From positions 480,001 through 544,000 of the forward strand of contig CBDFLJ010000002.1 of NCBI GenBank assembly GCA_965248835.1: a stretch of DNA of 64,000 nt, given 5' to 3'. The notes under the pieces were generated by a model. It worked only from the letters and a program-made list of their open reading frames with translations, did not search any database and was not told the origin of the DNA. This document shows positions 29,655 through 38,869 of the stretch, one piece after another. Each line of letters opens with the position of its first letter. Within the stretch, counting starts at the first letter, position 1. This stretch comes from Alphaproteobacteria bacterium. GTDB lineage: Bacteria; Pseudomonadota; Alphaproteobacteria; MPNO01. Made by a program: the position numbers and the translations under genes.

Positions 29655-29837
29655 TCACCGCCGCCGGACCAGCCCTTTCCGCTTGCGCCCGCCGGCCCAG
29701 ACCCAGCGCCGAAACTCGGTCGGCACGAGATTGTGCTCCTCCCGGTCGACCTTGCGCCGGAGCGTGGAGCGCCGCGGCGCGCCGGCGCCGAGGTTGAAGG
29801 CGAACGAACGGAGCGCGTCGAACCGGCCGTCCTCCAC
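29655..29837 (-). pseudogene. Phage lysozyme (GH24) C-terminal remnant
   Basis: FDAL.SFAFNLG...STLRRK...EFRRWVWAGG...GLVRRR then stop; N-terminus missing. Confidence 0.75.
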
Positions 29838-29946
29838 CGTGCACGGCGCATGGATAGCGATCTACGGATTGAGGGCGGCCACCCTACTCGAAACGCGTCC
29901 TCGCGCCTCCTGGGGCGGCTGAGGGGCCCTTCCGGAGAGGCTCGGG

Positions 29947-30504
29947 TCAGCGGTTCAGGATCGCGCTCAAGAGCCCGCGTGGCGGCGGATGTCCTGCATC
30001 CGTCGCCTTCTCTCGGCTTCGTTGATGGACGTATACGCCCAGCACTGCCAACCCGGCCCCGAGCGGCAGGTTGAGAACGCCGACGAGCTGGGCATAGGAC
30101 GGTAGAGCCTGCGGCGCGGCGATGACTGCGTAGCCCCCGATAGCGGCAAGACCGAAGATCACCGCCGCCATCACATAACCGAATGTCGGCCGCATCCGGC
30201 GCACATAGGGGTCACTCGAAGCGATCTCCCGACGGAACGTCTCGTTGACCTCCCGCACGTTCGCGATCGCGCCTTCGAGGGAGAGCCGTTCGAGCATGTA
30301 TTGGTTCCGCGTCTCCAGCTCCGCCAGTCTGTCCTTCATCGCCTGGGTCGGTGAGAGGGCCTTGAGAACCTCGGGCTTCGGCTCCACGCCGAGCGCCTTT
30401 GCGATCATCCCACCGACGGCCCCGCCAGCGGGACCGCCCAACGCCGTGCCCAAGAGCGGCAGACCCCAGCCCGCCACGTCTTCTGCGAGATCCGACCAGG
30501 TCAT
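29947..30504 (-). CDS. Holin (3TM-type)
   Basis: LGTALGGPAGG N-terminus, RRMRPTFGY, TM segments, LGVYV..RS.EK. Confidence 0.8.
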   Translation of the reverse strand: MTWSDLAEDVAGWGLPLLGTALGGPAGGAVGGMIAKALGVEPKPEVLKALSPTQAMKDRLAELETRNQYMLERLSLEGAIANVREVNETFRREIASSDPYVRRMRPTFGYVMAAVIFGLAAIGGYAVIAAPQALPSYAQLVGVLNLPLGAGLAVLGVYVHQRSREKATDAGHPPPRGLLSAILNR

Positions 30505-30974
30505 GCTGCGCCTCCGTTCACGCCGGCATTCCACGCTGCCAGGTAGTGCTCCACCTCGCCCTTGCCGGCCGGTGTGTTGTAGTGCTGCTTCCAATAACTG
30601 GCCTGTGCCTTGACGGTATCGGGGATCGGGGCGGGCACACGCCAATAGTGGACGCGGGCCAGAGCGCATGCGTACCGCAGGTTGAACGCGAGCGCTTCTG
30701 CACCCCGGCCGTCGATCAGCGCCGCGTCGAGAACATCGTGCGCCATGTCGGGGCGGTGGGTCAGGAAGTTGTCCCAAATGTCATCGTGGGTCGCGGGCTC
30801 CATTTGCCAGAAACCGAGCGCTGGCCCGCCGCCGCGCTGACGCAGGGCGCCGCCCCCAGATTCTGCGAGCGCGGTTCCGAGCATGAGCCGTTCAGCGTTC
30901 TCGCCTTCCATTCTGAGCGTTTCCAGCGTCGGTCGAATGATCAGTTCGAGCAGGTCGGCGGCGTGTTGTTTCAT
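30501..30974 (-). CDS. Putative phage endolysin (lysozyme-like fold)
   Basis: LGT.LAES...RQ.GGGPALGFWQMEPAT...YWK.HYNT; adjacent to holin. Confidence 0.7.
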   Translation of the reverse strand: MKQHAADLLELIIRPTLETLRMEGENAERLMLGTALAESGGGALRQRGGGPALGFWQMEPATHDDIWDNFLTHRPDMAHDVLDAALIDGRGAEALAFNLRYACALARVHYWRVPAPIPDTVKAQASYWKQHYNTPAGKGEVEHYLAAWNAGVNGGAA

Positions 30975-31149
30975 AGCTTCCTCGCTTCCTCGAAGCGGCC
31001 TTCCAACCGCGCCATGTCCTCGCTTATTCCGCTGATCCGGTCGTGCAGCTTCGCGTGATCGGCCTTGGCCTCCGCACCCACAGCGTCGACAGCCCGACCA
31101 GGATGCCGATCAGCCCGGCGATGGAGATATGGCCGAGGGTGATTTCCAT
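30971..31149 (-). pseudogene. Small membrane/coiled-coil lysis-region protein, frameshifted
   Basis: MEITLGHISIAGLIGILVGLSTLW TM segment is out of frame with ...DMARLEGRFEEARKL. Confidence 0.45.
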
Positions 31150-31183
31150 CGATCAAGCTCCCGCGAGAGAGGTCAAGGCTATG

Positions 31184-31248
31184 AAAAGGTGTAAATATGT
31201 GCACAAAAAAGGTTGACTTAATCAGGAAAAGGTGCATATATATACACA
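31184..31248 (+). promoter_or_regulatory. hicAB promoter with two palindromic operator-like repeats
   Basis: TTGACT (31213)-18 bp-TATATA; aaaaggtgtaaatatgtgcaca and aaaaggtgcatatatatacaca. Confidence 0.65.
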
Positions 31249-31264
31249 TAGAAAGGGACCGGCG

Positions 31265-31456
31265 ATGGAAACCAACACCAACCGGATCAAGCGCAGACTG
31301 GAGCGAGACGGTTGGTATTTGGCGCGCCACGGCGCGGAGCACGACATCTACCGGCATCCCCGCATCAAAGGGATCATCACACTTCCGAGGCACCGGACAT
31401 TGTCACCGGGTGTCGTCCGCTCGATAGCAAGCAAGGCGGGCTGGCCGGATGCCTAA
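31265..31456 (+). CDS. hicA: HicA family toxin
   Basis: LERDGW...HGAEHDIYRHP...LPRHRTL..GVVRSI...AGW. Confidence 0.9.
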   Translation: METNTNRIKRRLERDGWYLARHGAEHDIYRHPRIKGIITLPRHRTLSPGVVRSIASKAGWPDA

Positions 31457-31480
31457 GCAACCAACGGGGAGAGACTGAGC

Positions 31481-31867
31481 ATGACCCGATATCCTGCGCT
31501 GATCGACGGCAAGAAGGGTGCTTACGGGGTGACGTTCCCGGACCTTCCCGGAGTTGTCGCGATGGGCAAGACGGTCGAGGCTGCGATGATCAACGCCGAG
31601 GAGGCGCTTCGCGATTGTGCGGCCGAGGCGGATAAGGACGGCGAAACCATGCCGGAGCCCAGACCCATCGAAGATATCAAGACTCCTGAGGGACACGCGC
31701 TCATTTCCATTCCGCTGATCCATTTGTCGGGCCGCAGCGTGCGCGCGCATCTGAATCTCGATGAGGATGTGGCCGCGTTCATCGATGCCGAAGCGCGACG
31801 GCGCGGCATGACCCGCACGGCCTATGTCACCTGGATGGCGCGAAGGATCGCGCAGATGGGCGGATAG
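31481..31867 (+). CDS. hicB: HicB family antitoxin
   Basis: YGVTFPDLPG...G.TVE.A..NAEEAL plus C-terminal RHH-like domain. Confidence 0.92.
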   Translation: MTRYPALIDGKKGAYGVTFPDLPGVVAMGKTVEAAMINAEEALRDCAAEADKDGETMPEPRPIEDIKTPEGHALISIPLIHLSGRSVRAHLNLDEDVAAFIDAEARRRGMTRTAYVTWMARRIAQMGG

Positions 31868-31885
31868 GCACTTTTCAGCGTGACG

Positions 31886-32125
31886 TCAGCCGCCGAACAG
31901 TGCCGGCCAGAACGCGCGGGTGGCGACGGCGAGCATGCCGCCCAGCACGATGTAGAGCAGGCTCGTGTTTCGGTTGTGCAGCGCCTCGATTTTGGTGAGC
32001 TGCGTTTGGAGCTCGCCATAGCGTCGCTCGCAGGCGATCTCGTGGGTCGCAAGATGGGCCGCCGCCTCCGCGCGCACCCGCTCGATCTCGATCAGATGGG
32101 ATGCGTTTGCGGGTGACTGGTTCAT
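31886..32125 (-). CDS. Small phage coiled-coil/TM protein
   Basis: HE..CERRY motif and C-terminal TM helix. Confidence 0.65.
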   Translation of the reverse strand: MNQSPANASHLIEIERVRAEAAAHLATHEIACERRYGELQTQLTKIEALHNRNTSLLYIVLGGMLAVATRAFWPALFGG

Positions 32126-32152
32126 GGCAGCTACTCTTTCCTGGGTGTTGGC

Positions 32153-34453
32153 TCAGGCGGCCAAGTCGGCCTCGTGCACGCGGGCGTCCTCGCCGACGGC
32201 GGTGATCTCGACCTGCTCGCCGCGCGGCCTGACGGCCAGTACCCGGGCCCGCAGGCCCCATGCCTCGCCCGCGCCGAAGGCGAAGTGGGTGCGTTCCTCG
32301 TCCGCTCCTGTGTAAGGCGTGATGTCGAGGTCCTCGCCCAGCTCCACGGTTCGCTCGTCGGCGCCGGGTGTCGCTGGCCAGGGCCCGCTTAGCGAGCCGT
32401 CACGCCGGCGAAGGGCGATGTAATGAGTGGGCGGCTCGGCCGTCTCCTCTTCCGCCTCCCATTCCAGCGGCTCGCTCAGGGTCAGCGCGCGGCCATCGAC
32501 GGCAACCACCTCGCCGCCTTGACCCCAACGCGGCAGGTCGTGGGTGATGGCGATGAGATCGCCGTAGGTCGGGATCAGGCCTTCGAGCTCGGTGCGGAAG
32601 GTTATGATGCGCCGGCGATAGCGGTTGGCGGCGGCCATGTAGAGGCCCTCGCGCTCGCCATGCGCGGCGCCGGTGCAGCCGAACAGCCCGACCGTGGCGG
32701 GTTTGTCGACGGCGCTGTCCGGCAGGCTTGCGGTGACCTCGGCGGGCGCCCAGGTGCGTTCCGAGAAATAGGTCACGGTCACCGCATCGGCGGTGTCCTC
32801 GCCCGGCATGACGTATTGGACCCGGAAGCTGCCCTTGACGATGTTGCGGGGCCCGAACAGCGCCACCGGCAATGTGCGCGGCGCGTCGCGGACGATCCGC
32901 AGGATGCCGCCCTGCAGAAACGGCAATGCCCGGCCGCAGCGGGCGATCCGGGTAAGCGCCTCCCAGACCGTCACGCCCTGGTCGAACACGGCATCGAAGC
33001 GGTCTCCGCGTGATTGCCAGACTTGATCCAGAGCATGGAGGGCGTCGAGATCGATACGGGCGTCCGCGAGGTCGGCGCCGTAGCGCGCCCGGGCGGCATC
33101 GGCAAAGGCCCAGGCGAGCGAGCGCGTGGCCCGAGGCTCGGCCCAGCCGGTCGCGGGGTCCCAGACCGGCAGTTTGCGGGTGACGATGACGTTGATCAGG
33201 CGCGCCGAGCGCGGCGAGAGATTGTCGGTCGCGCGCATCCTGACGGCGAACAGCGTGACCTCGCCGAACGCCGGCGTGTCCTGGAGGAAAGTCTTGAGCC
33301 CGCCCCAGCGGATCTCGTGGCCGTCGCCGATCTCGCCGCTCTTGTCGTTGGTGCGCCTGAGCCTTACCTCGTAGCGCCCGGCGGCGAGCGAATAACGATA
33401 ACTCTTGCGTTGCGGTGTATTCTCGGCCGCGGTCATGCTTTCCGAGGCAACCACGACCCAATCGCCGGTCGCCGTGCCTTCGACATCGACGGCGCGGGCC
33501 TCGACCTCCCAGTCGATGGTGAGGGCTTCGAGGCTGCCGTCGTCGGCCGCGTGATAGAGCCCGCGCGCCATGATCACATCGATACCGATCCCGATGGCAA
33601 CGGTGCCGGCCGGGTTGGCCGTGAAAGGACCGATCCAGCCCTCCTCGCCCGCTTCGCGGTCGTTGGCACCGATGAGTTCCTGGCCGGCGACCTCCGGTGC
33701 GTTGACCACATCCGTCTCGAACAGGCTGACGCTGCCGCCGGGCGGGACGATCTCGGTCTCGACCTCCTCGAAGGAAGCAATCGGCGTGTCCTCGATGCGG
33801 ACCTGCTCGAGGTCATATTCGCCCTGGCCGATGCAGTGCAGCTGATGCAGGTACTGCTCGTTGTCGCGGTACTCCACCCACGGCGTCGCGGCGAAATCGG
33901 GAAAGACCCGGTGGCGGCCGTAGATCACCGGGATAGGCTGAGCGAGCCGGGCATGGTTTCCTCGAGCCTGCAGCGAATAGGTCGGGCTCGGCGCCGGCGC
34001 GCTGCCAAATCCGCTCAGCGACGGCTTGGGCGGCGGGATAAGGACATTGACCAGGGTGGCGCCGACAATGGCGATGCCCGCCTGGGCCAGCCCGAGGGCG
34101 ACGGTCGAGGAGACGCCCAAGGAGCTGACGAGGGAGGGAGCCAGCATCGGTGCGAAATAGATCGCGGCGACCACGACGGCGAGCAAGAGGATGGTGCGAA
34201 GCGGATTCTTGCCGCCCCCGCCCTGGGGCAGCGGCACGAACACGACCAGATCGTTCTCGGCAATCTCCGTGTCGTGCCAGCGCTCGCGCAGAACCGGCTC
34301 GGCGTTGCGGAGACAGATCGTCGGGCACTCGAACTCCTCGATCTCCTGCCCGCAAAGCCACGCGCGGATCGAAACCGGCTCGGCGACGGCGACCACCTCC
34401 CGGTCCCGATCCGGGCGGAACGGGTTGCGCAGCATGACGACGGTGCCAGGCAT
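32153..34453 (-). CDS. Phage tail tip / host-specificity protein (TipJ-like)
   Basis: PQGGGGKNPLR, PIPVIYGRHR..PD, FDAVFD...VWEAL; follows NlpC/P60. Confidence 0.88.
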   Translation of the reverse strand: MPGTVVMLRNPFRPDRDREVVAVAEPVSIRAWLCGQEIEEFECPTICLRNAEPVLRERWHDTEIAENDLVVFVPLPQGGGGKNPLRTILLLAVVVAAIYFAPMLAPSLVSSLGVSSTVALGLAQAGIAIVGATLVNVLIPPPKPSLSGFGSAPAPSPTYSLQARGNHARLAQPIPVIYGRHRVFPDFAATPWVEYRDNEQYLHQLHCIGQGEYDLEQVRIEDTPIASFEEVETEIVPPGGSVSLFETDVVNAPEVAGQELIGANDREAGEEGWIGPFTANPAGTVAIGIGIDVIMARGLYHAADDGSLEALTIDWEVEARAVDVEGTATGDWVVVASESMTAAENTPQRKSYRYSLAAGRYEVRLRRTNDKSGEIGDGHEIRWGGLKTFLQDTPAFGEVTLFAVRMRATDNLSPRSARLINVIVTRKLPVWDPATGWAEPRATRSLAWAFADAARARYGADLADARIDLDALHALDQVWQSRGDRFDAVFDQGVTVWEALTRIARCGRALPFLQGGILRIVRDAPRTLPVALFGPRNIVKGSFRVQYVMPGEDTADAVTVTYFSERTWAPAEVTASLPDSAVDKPATVGLFGCTGAAHGEREGLYMAAANRYRRRIITFRTELEGLIPTYGDLIAITHDLPRWGQGGEVVAVDGRALTLSEPLEWEAEEETAEPPTHYIALRRRDGSLSGPWPATPGADERTVELGEDLDITPYTGADEERTHFAFGAGEAWGLRARVLAVRPRGEQVEITAVGEDARVHEADLAA

Positions 34454-34857
34454 CAGGCGTCTCCGATGAAGCGATAGGTGCCCTCGATCCGCCAGCCGTG
34501 GGCCGAGAGATCGACGGGAATCTGGAACACGACGCCAATATCGCGGCCGGCATGGAGCACGCCGCCGCCGTCGACGGCGAGCCACAGGCCGACATGGACC
34601 GGATGGCGGGACTGGCGCATCAACACGGCGTCGCCCTCGCGAGCGTGTTCCACCGCCTGCCAACGTCGCCGTTCCGGATGATCGCGGAAGCCCGCGAGCA
34701 CGGCACGGAGGTCCGCGGCATCGACCGGGATCTCCGGGACCTCGATGGCGAAGTGTTCGCGCCAGCACCAGCGCGCGAGACCCCAGCAGTCGAACGCGTC
34801 CGGTCCGCGTCCGCCGGCAACCCAGGGGCGGCCGATCAGGTGTTCGGCCCAGTGCAT
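34453..34857 (-). CDS. NlpC/P60 tail assembly protein
   Basis: GRGPDAFDCWGL, HVGLW, VLHA. Confidence 0.9.
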   Translation of the reverse strand: MHWAEHLIGRPWVAGGRGPDAFDCWGLARWCWREHFAIEVPEIPVDAADLRAVLAGFRDHPERRRWQAVEHAREGDAVLMRQSRHPVHVGLWLAVDGGGVLHAGRDIGVVFQIPVDLSAHGWRIEGTYRFIGDA

Positions 34858-35484
34858 CTAGCGGGTGAGCCCCGGAAACCGCGTGGCGGTATAGAGATCG
34901 GCCGGGAAGGCCTTGTTGCCGATATCGAGCATGCGGGCCCGCCCGGTGACGCGGAATACGTCGACCTCGACTTCCGTGAGGGTCAACGTGATCGGCGGGT
35001 CCATCTGGGGGCCCTCGAGGTCGGTCGAGAGATAGGGCCGGTAGGTGACCTCGATCTTGTCGAGACTGGTTGCCGCGGCATCGAGGTGGCGGACGATCTC
35101 GCGGCTCACATTGTCCAGCGTCACCGCGATCTCGGGCACCGGCGCAGTGTCGACCGGCGGCAATTCGAGATCGAAGGCGAGGGCGATGAAGGGCACCATC
35201 CGCCCGGCGTCCGTCGGCGCGTCGGCCTCCAGGCGAGCCACCAGGCCGACCAGATCGCGGCCCTCCGCCGGCATGGCGTCCAGCACCGCCTGCACCTCCG
35301 CACCGCCCAGGTTCGACCAGGTTGCCTCGTCGGCGAAGTTCCGCACCACCCGGACCGCGGTCGGCTCGCCGTCGTCGTCGACGAAGGCGGGATGGCGCAG
35401 CTCGAGGGTGTGCAGAATGACGGTGTCCGAGGGCGCGGAGGCGTAGGCCTCGCGGATCGCCTGCTCGAGGGCCGGGTCCGGCAT
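34858..35484 (-). CDS. DUF1833-like minor tail protein
   Basis: EAYASAP...LHTLELRHP, TLDNVSR, YRPYLSTDL, FPGL. Confidence 0.82.
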   Translation of the reverse strand: MPDPALEQAIREAYASAPSDTVILHTLELRHPAFVDDDGEPTAVRVVRNFADEATWSNLGGAEVQAVLDAMPAEGRDLVGLVARLEADAPTDAGRMVPFIALAFDLELPPVDTAPVPEIAVTLDNVSREIVRHLDAAATSLDKIEVTYRPYLSTDLEGPQMDPPITLTLTEVEVDVFRVTGRARMLDIGNKAFPADLYTATRFPGLTR

Positions 35485-35491
35485 CCCCGGC

Positions 35492-35923
35492 TTACTCCGA
35501 TACCGCCGGCAGCAGGTCGGGCTTGGGATGGGCGCGCTTGATTGCGAGCCAGGCGCCGATCAGCCGGTCCATCTCGGCGGGCAGCCCGGTGCCATCGAGA
35601 CGCAGCTGGTTGAGCGCTTTAAGAATGGCGTCGAGCTGATCGGTGACCGGCATCTCGCGGGCATAGCGCTCGGCGCGGCGCGCCCGCGCCTCGACGCGGT
35701 CGACGGCCAGGACATCGAGCCGGAGGGCGAGATCGGTCTCGACGCTGAGATCGTGGATTGTGAGATCGACGCCCGGATCCTGATCGCCGTAATCGAGGGA
35801 GGCGACACGGGCGTAGTGGCGGCCGTCGATCCGGCAGAGCCAGGTGAACGCCCCGTCGGGCCAGTCGGTCGGCGGCAGGAAGTGCGCGCCAACTTCCGAT
35901 TCCACATAGCTGATCAGATGCAT
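35492..35923 (-). CDS. Phage tail-associated hypothetical protein
   Basis: Y...PVTDQLDAI...IKRAHPKP; position after fibre gene. Confidence 0.65.
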   Translation of the reverse strand: MHLISYVESEVGAHFLPPTDWPDGAFTWLCRIDGRHYARVASLDYGDQDPGVDLTIHDLSVETDLALRLDVLAVDRVEARARRAERYAREMPVTDQLDAILKALNQLRLDGTGLPAEMDRLIGAWLAIKRAHPKPDLLPAVSE

Positions 35924-35935
35924 GGCTCACCTCCG

Positions 35936-36722
35936 CTAGTAGAGCTCGACCCGGGCCATTACCGAGGGGTATAGAGCGGCGCCCTCGACCCCGAGCTTGT
36001 TGTGGGCATTGCGGCCGGCGGCCCAGACGGTGCCGTCGGCGCACCGCACGAAGAAGCCGGGCTCCGAGCCATAGCCGTGCGCTACCACCTCGACCGCGTC
36101 CCATTCGTCCGGCGGGACCGGCAGCGGCCATTGCCGCGGGATTGACGTCCTACCCGTACCCCAGTCACCGTGCCGGCCGTAGTCGCCGCAGCTGTAGACC
36201 CGGCCGTCGGAGCCGAGCATGACCGTGGACTGGGTGCCGCCGGTCGAGATCATCCGCGCGGTGACGCCGTCAGGAAACCGAACCCGCGCCGGTGTGCTGA
36301 TGGTCCCCGTGATGTTGCCGATGCCCAGCTGGCCGGCCGCGTTGTAGCCGCAAGCGTAGGTGTTGCCGTCGTCGCCGTTGAACCACAGTTGCGCGTGTTC
36401 GCCGCCGGCCCAGAGATCGAGGGCCGCGCCGACCCCGGCCGGCAACGACAGCTGTTCGAAGAGATGACGATCCGTGGTGGCGCCGGTCCCATGGAAACCG
36501 TGGCCGCCGAAGCCCGCGGTCCAGATGGTGCCGTCCTTCAAGAGCACCGCGGTGGCCGCGCCGCCCGAGGAACCGCAGGGCGCCACCTTCCTGATCCGTG
36601 CCTTGCCCGGAAGGCCCGCCACCTCGGTGAAGAGGTGCTTGTCGGCGGTGCCGTCGTCGACGCCGAGCTTGCCCCAGCTGTTGTCGCCCACCGCCCACAG
36701 GGTGCCGTCGCGGGTGGCCAGG
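35936..36722 (-). pseudogene. RCC1-like repeat tail fibre, 5' end deleted
   Basis: Repeated DGTLWAVGDN.WGKLG / DGNTYACGYN..GQLG units; no native start. Confidence 0.8.
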
Positions 36723-37408
36723 TGGCATCGGCGGTCGCCGCGGCGCTGGCCGATCACGGCATGTCACACGGCTGGAGCGTCGATCAGCACAATGGCGAGG
36801 TCACCGTCACCTGCACGCTGACCCACGAACGCGGGCACCGGGAAAGCGTATCTATAACCGCGCCGCCCGACGACAGCGGCAAGAAGAACGCGATCCAGCG
36901 CATCGGATCGACCGTGACGTATCTGGAGCGCTATACCCTGTTGGCGATCACCGGGCTTGCCGCCCACGAACAGGAAGACGACGGGGACTCTGCCGGCGCC
37001 CGCCGGCGCGTCGCGCGGCCGCCGAAGCGTGAAGCACCGAAAGCCGAGCCCGTTGGCCCGCCGGTCGACCCGGAGACCGGGGAACTGCTGTCACCCTCGC
37101 TGATCGCGGTGAAGCCGCTGGAGAACGGCAACGGGTCCGACTGGATGGGTTGGGGCGCCGCCCTGGCGGCCGCGCTCAAGTTCGCGACATCCGCGGCCGA
37201 TCTCGAAGCGTGGATCACCGCGAACGAACAGCCGCTCGGCAATTGCGGCCGGGACGCGCCGAAAATCGCCGAGCGCTTGCAAACCATCATCGCGAGCCAG
37301 CGAGACACGTTGTTCCAACGCGGCGACGAAAAGCCCGATGATGAACCGGAGGCCGCAGGCGAAGACGAACCGGAGTCCGCGGATGCGGAAGCCGGGGAGG
37401 CCGCATGA
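36716..37408 (+). pseudogene. ERF-family ssDNA-annealing protein, 5' end deleted
   Basis: VTCTLTH..GH.ES, IQ.IGSTVTYL.RYTL.AI.GLA...EDDG. Confidence 0.82.
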
Positions 37409-37584
37409 TCGATATCAGCCTGTGCGCGGATCACGACTGTCCGAGCCGGGAGTCGTGCATCCGCTATACCGCGCAGCCGGCGGACTATCAGTCCTATGCC
37501 GATTTCGGGCTCGGGCGCGACGGCCGCGAACGGTGCGACTCCTATCTCGCCCCGCCCCGCCCGATGCCGACAGTCCAGCCATGA
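37405..37584 (+). CDS. Small Cys-containing phage protein (59 aa)
   Basis: MIDISLCADHDCPSRESCIRYTAQPADYQSY...; coupled start/stop overlaps. Confidence 0.65.
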   Translation: MIDISLCADHDCPSRESCIRYTAQPADYQSYADFGLGRDGRERCDSYLAPPRPMPTVQP

Positions 37585-37865
37585 TCGATCCGGCACGCGG
37601 CTACTGGATCGCCGTCCACGACCGTGGCGAGCTGGTGTCGCGTTTCCATGCCACCTACGGCGCCTTGCTGGCCTCGGTCGCGGCGGCCGGCGCCTGCCGG
37701 GCGCAGTCCGACCTGATCGAGGTCATCGAGCGCCGTGCCGACGGCCGCACGACGCGCCACGGGCTCGGGACACTCGACGCGTGGTGCTGCGAGCGCCGGC
37801 ACGAGCGCGATGCCGAGCGCGGGCACAGCGAAGGCCGGCGCACGGCGCAGGCCAGGGGTCGGTGA
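37581..37865 (+). CDS. Phage hypothetical protein
   Basis: Paralog of 14839-15111. Confidence 0.7.
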   Translation: MIDPARGYWIAVHDRGELVSRFHATYGALLASVAAAGACRAQSDLIEVIERRADGRTTRHGLGTLDAWCCERRHERDAERGHSEGRRTAQARGR

Positions 37866-37866
37866 A

Positions 37867-38379
37867 ATGACCGTCATCCACCCGATCAAGTTCCGCTGGA
37901 CCGGCGAGGCGATGATCCCCCTGGTCAAGTCGGTGGCCGAGCGCCAGTACGAGGTCGGCGAGACCTACCGGCTGGAGCCGTGGGAAGAACGCTCGCCGGC
38001 CTCACACCGGCATTTCTTCGCGGCGCTGCGGTCCGCATGGGACAACCTACCCGAACATTGGGCCGAGCGATTTTCCACCCCGGAGCATCTGCGCAAATAC
38101 GCGCTCATCAAGACCGGCTATCACGACGTGCGCACCATCGCCGCCCGAAGCAACGCTCAGGCGGCCGATATCGCCGCGTTCGTCAAGCCGTTGGATGACT
38201 GCGCGGTCGTCGTGGTCCGAGAGGCGACCGTGACCGTGTACACCGCCAAGAGCCAAAGCGCCCGTGCAATGGGCAAGGGCGAATTCCAGCAGAGCAAGCG
38301 GGACGTGCTGGAATGGCTGGCAACGATCGTCGGGGTCACGACGCAACAGCTTCACGACAACGCGGGGCAGGCGGCATGA
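37867..38379 (+). CDS. Phage protein, NinB/DUF1367-like (tentative)
   Basis: Paralog of 15108-15620. Confidence 0.7.
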   Translation: MTVIHPIKFRWTGEAMIPLVKSVAERQYEVGETYRLEPWEERSPASHRHFFAALRSAWDNLPEHWAERFSTPEHLRKYALIKTGYHDVRTIAARSNAQAADIAAFVKPLDDCAVVVVREATVTVYTAKSQSARAMGKGEFQQSKRDVLEWLATIVGVTTQQLHDNAGQAA

Positions 38380-38594
38380 CCAAGCCGCGCATGTCGAAGC
38401 ACGATCGGGCGATGGCTGACCCGCCCCGGCCCCTTGTCGCCGCCGACACACCGCTCCGCGATCTCCGCGAGTTGCAACGCCAGCTCGCCATCCGCGCCGA
38501 GGCTTTCCCCGACGCCAAGACCGCTCTTGAGGCGGTCACGGCGCTGATCGAGATACGGGAAGCGCGGCGAGGGCAGGGGAGGCGTCAGCGGTGA
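38376..38594 (+). CDS. Phage hypothetical protein
   Basis: Paralog of 17506-17685. Confidence 0.65.
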   Translation: MTKPRMSKHDRAMADPPRPLVAADTPLRDLRELQRQLAIRAEAFPDAKTALEAVTALIEIREARRGQGRRQR

Positions 38595-38869
38595 CAGCGC
38601 GGCGGTCCGATCTGAGTGATCTGCCGAACTGGCCGCGTCTTCTGTCCCGCGAGCAGGCCGCGGCGTATGTGGGGATCAGTGTGCCCACGCTCGAAAGCCG
38701 GGTCGGTGACCTGTTCCCCAAACCGGTCAGGATCGGCCGGAGAAAGCTCTACGACCGCGACAGTCTCGACCGCGCGGTTGACCTTCTGACGGGCGCCCAG
38801 CCACACTCCCCTGCGCATGAAATGCGGCAGGGGCTGATCAATGCAGGTCGTAAGGTTGCGGCACGTTAA
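38591..38869 (+). CDS. Excisionase-like HTH protein
   Basis: WPRLLSREQAAAYVGIS...GRRKLYDR. Confidence 0.8.
   Translation: MTARRSDLSDLPNWPRLLSREQAAAYVGISVPTLESRVGDLFPKPVRIGRRKLYDRDSLDRAVDLLTGAQPHSPAHEMRQGLINAGRKVAAR

Noticed and set aside
32153-35923. Tail genes as a gene transfer agent or tailocin
   Set aside because: Only tip genes remain, with no tube, tape measure or head, and they lie within att-bounded prophage B downstream of a deletion.
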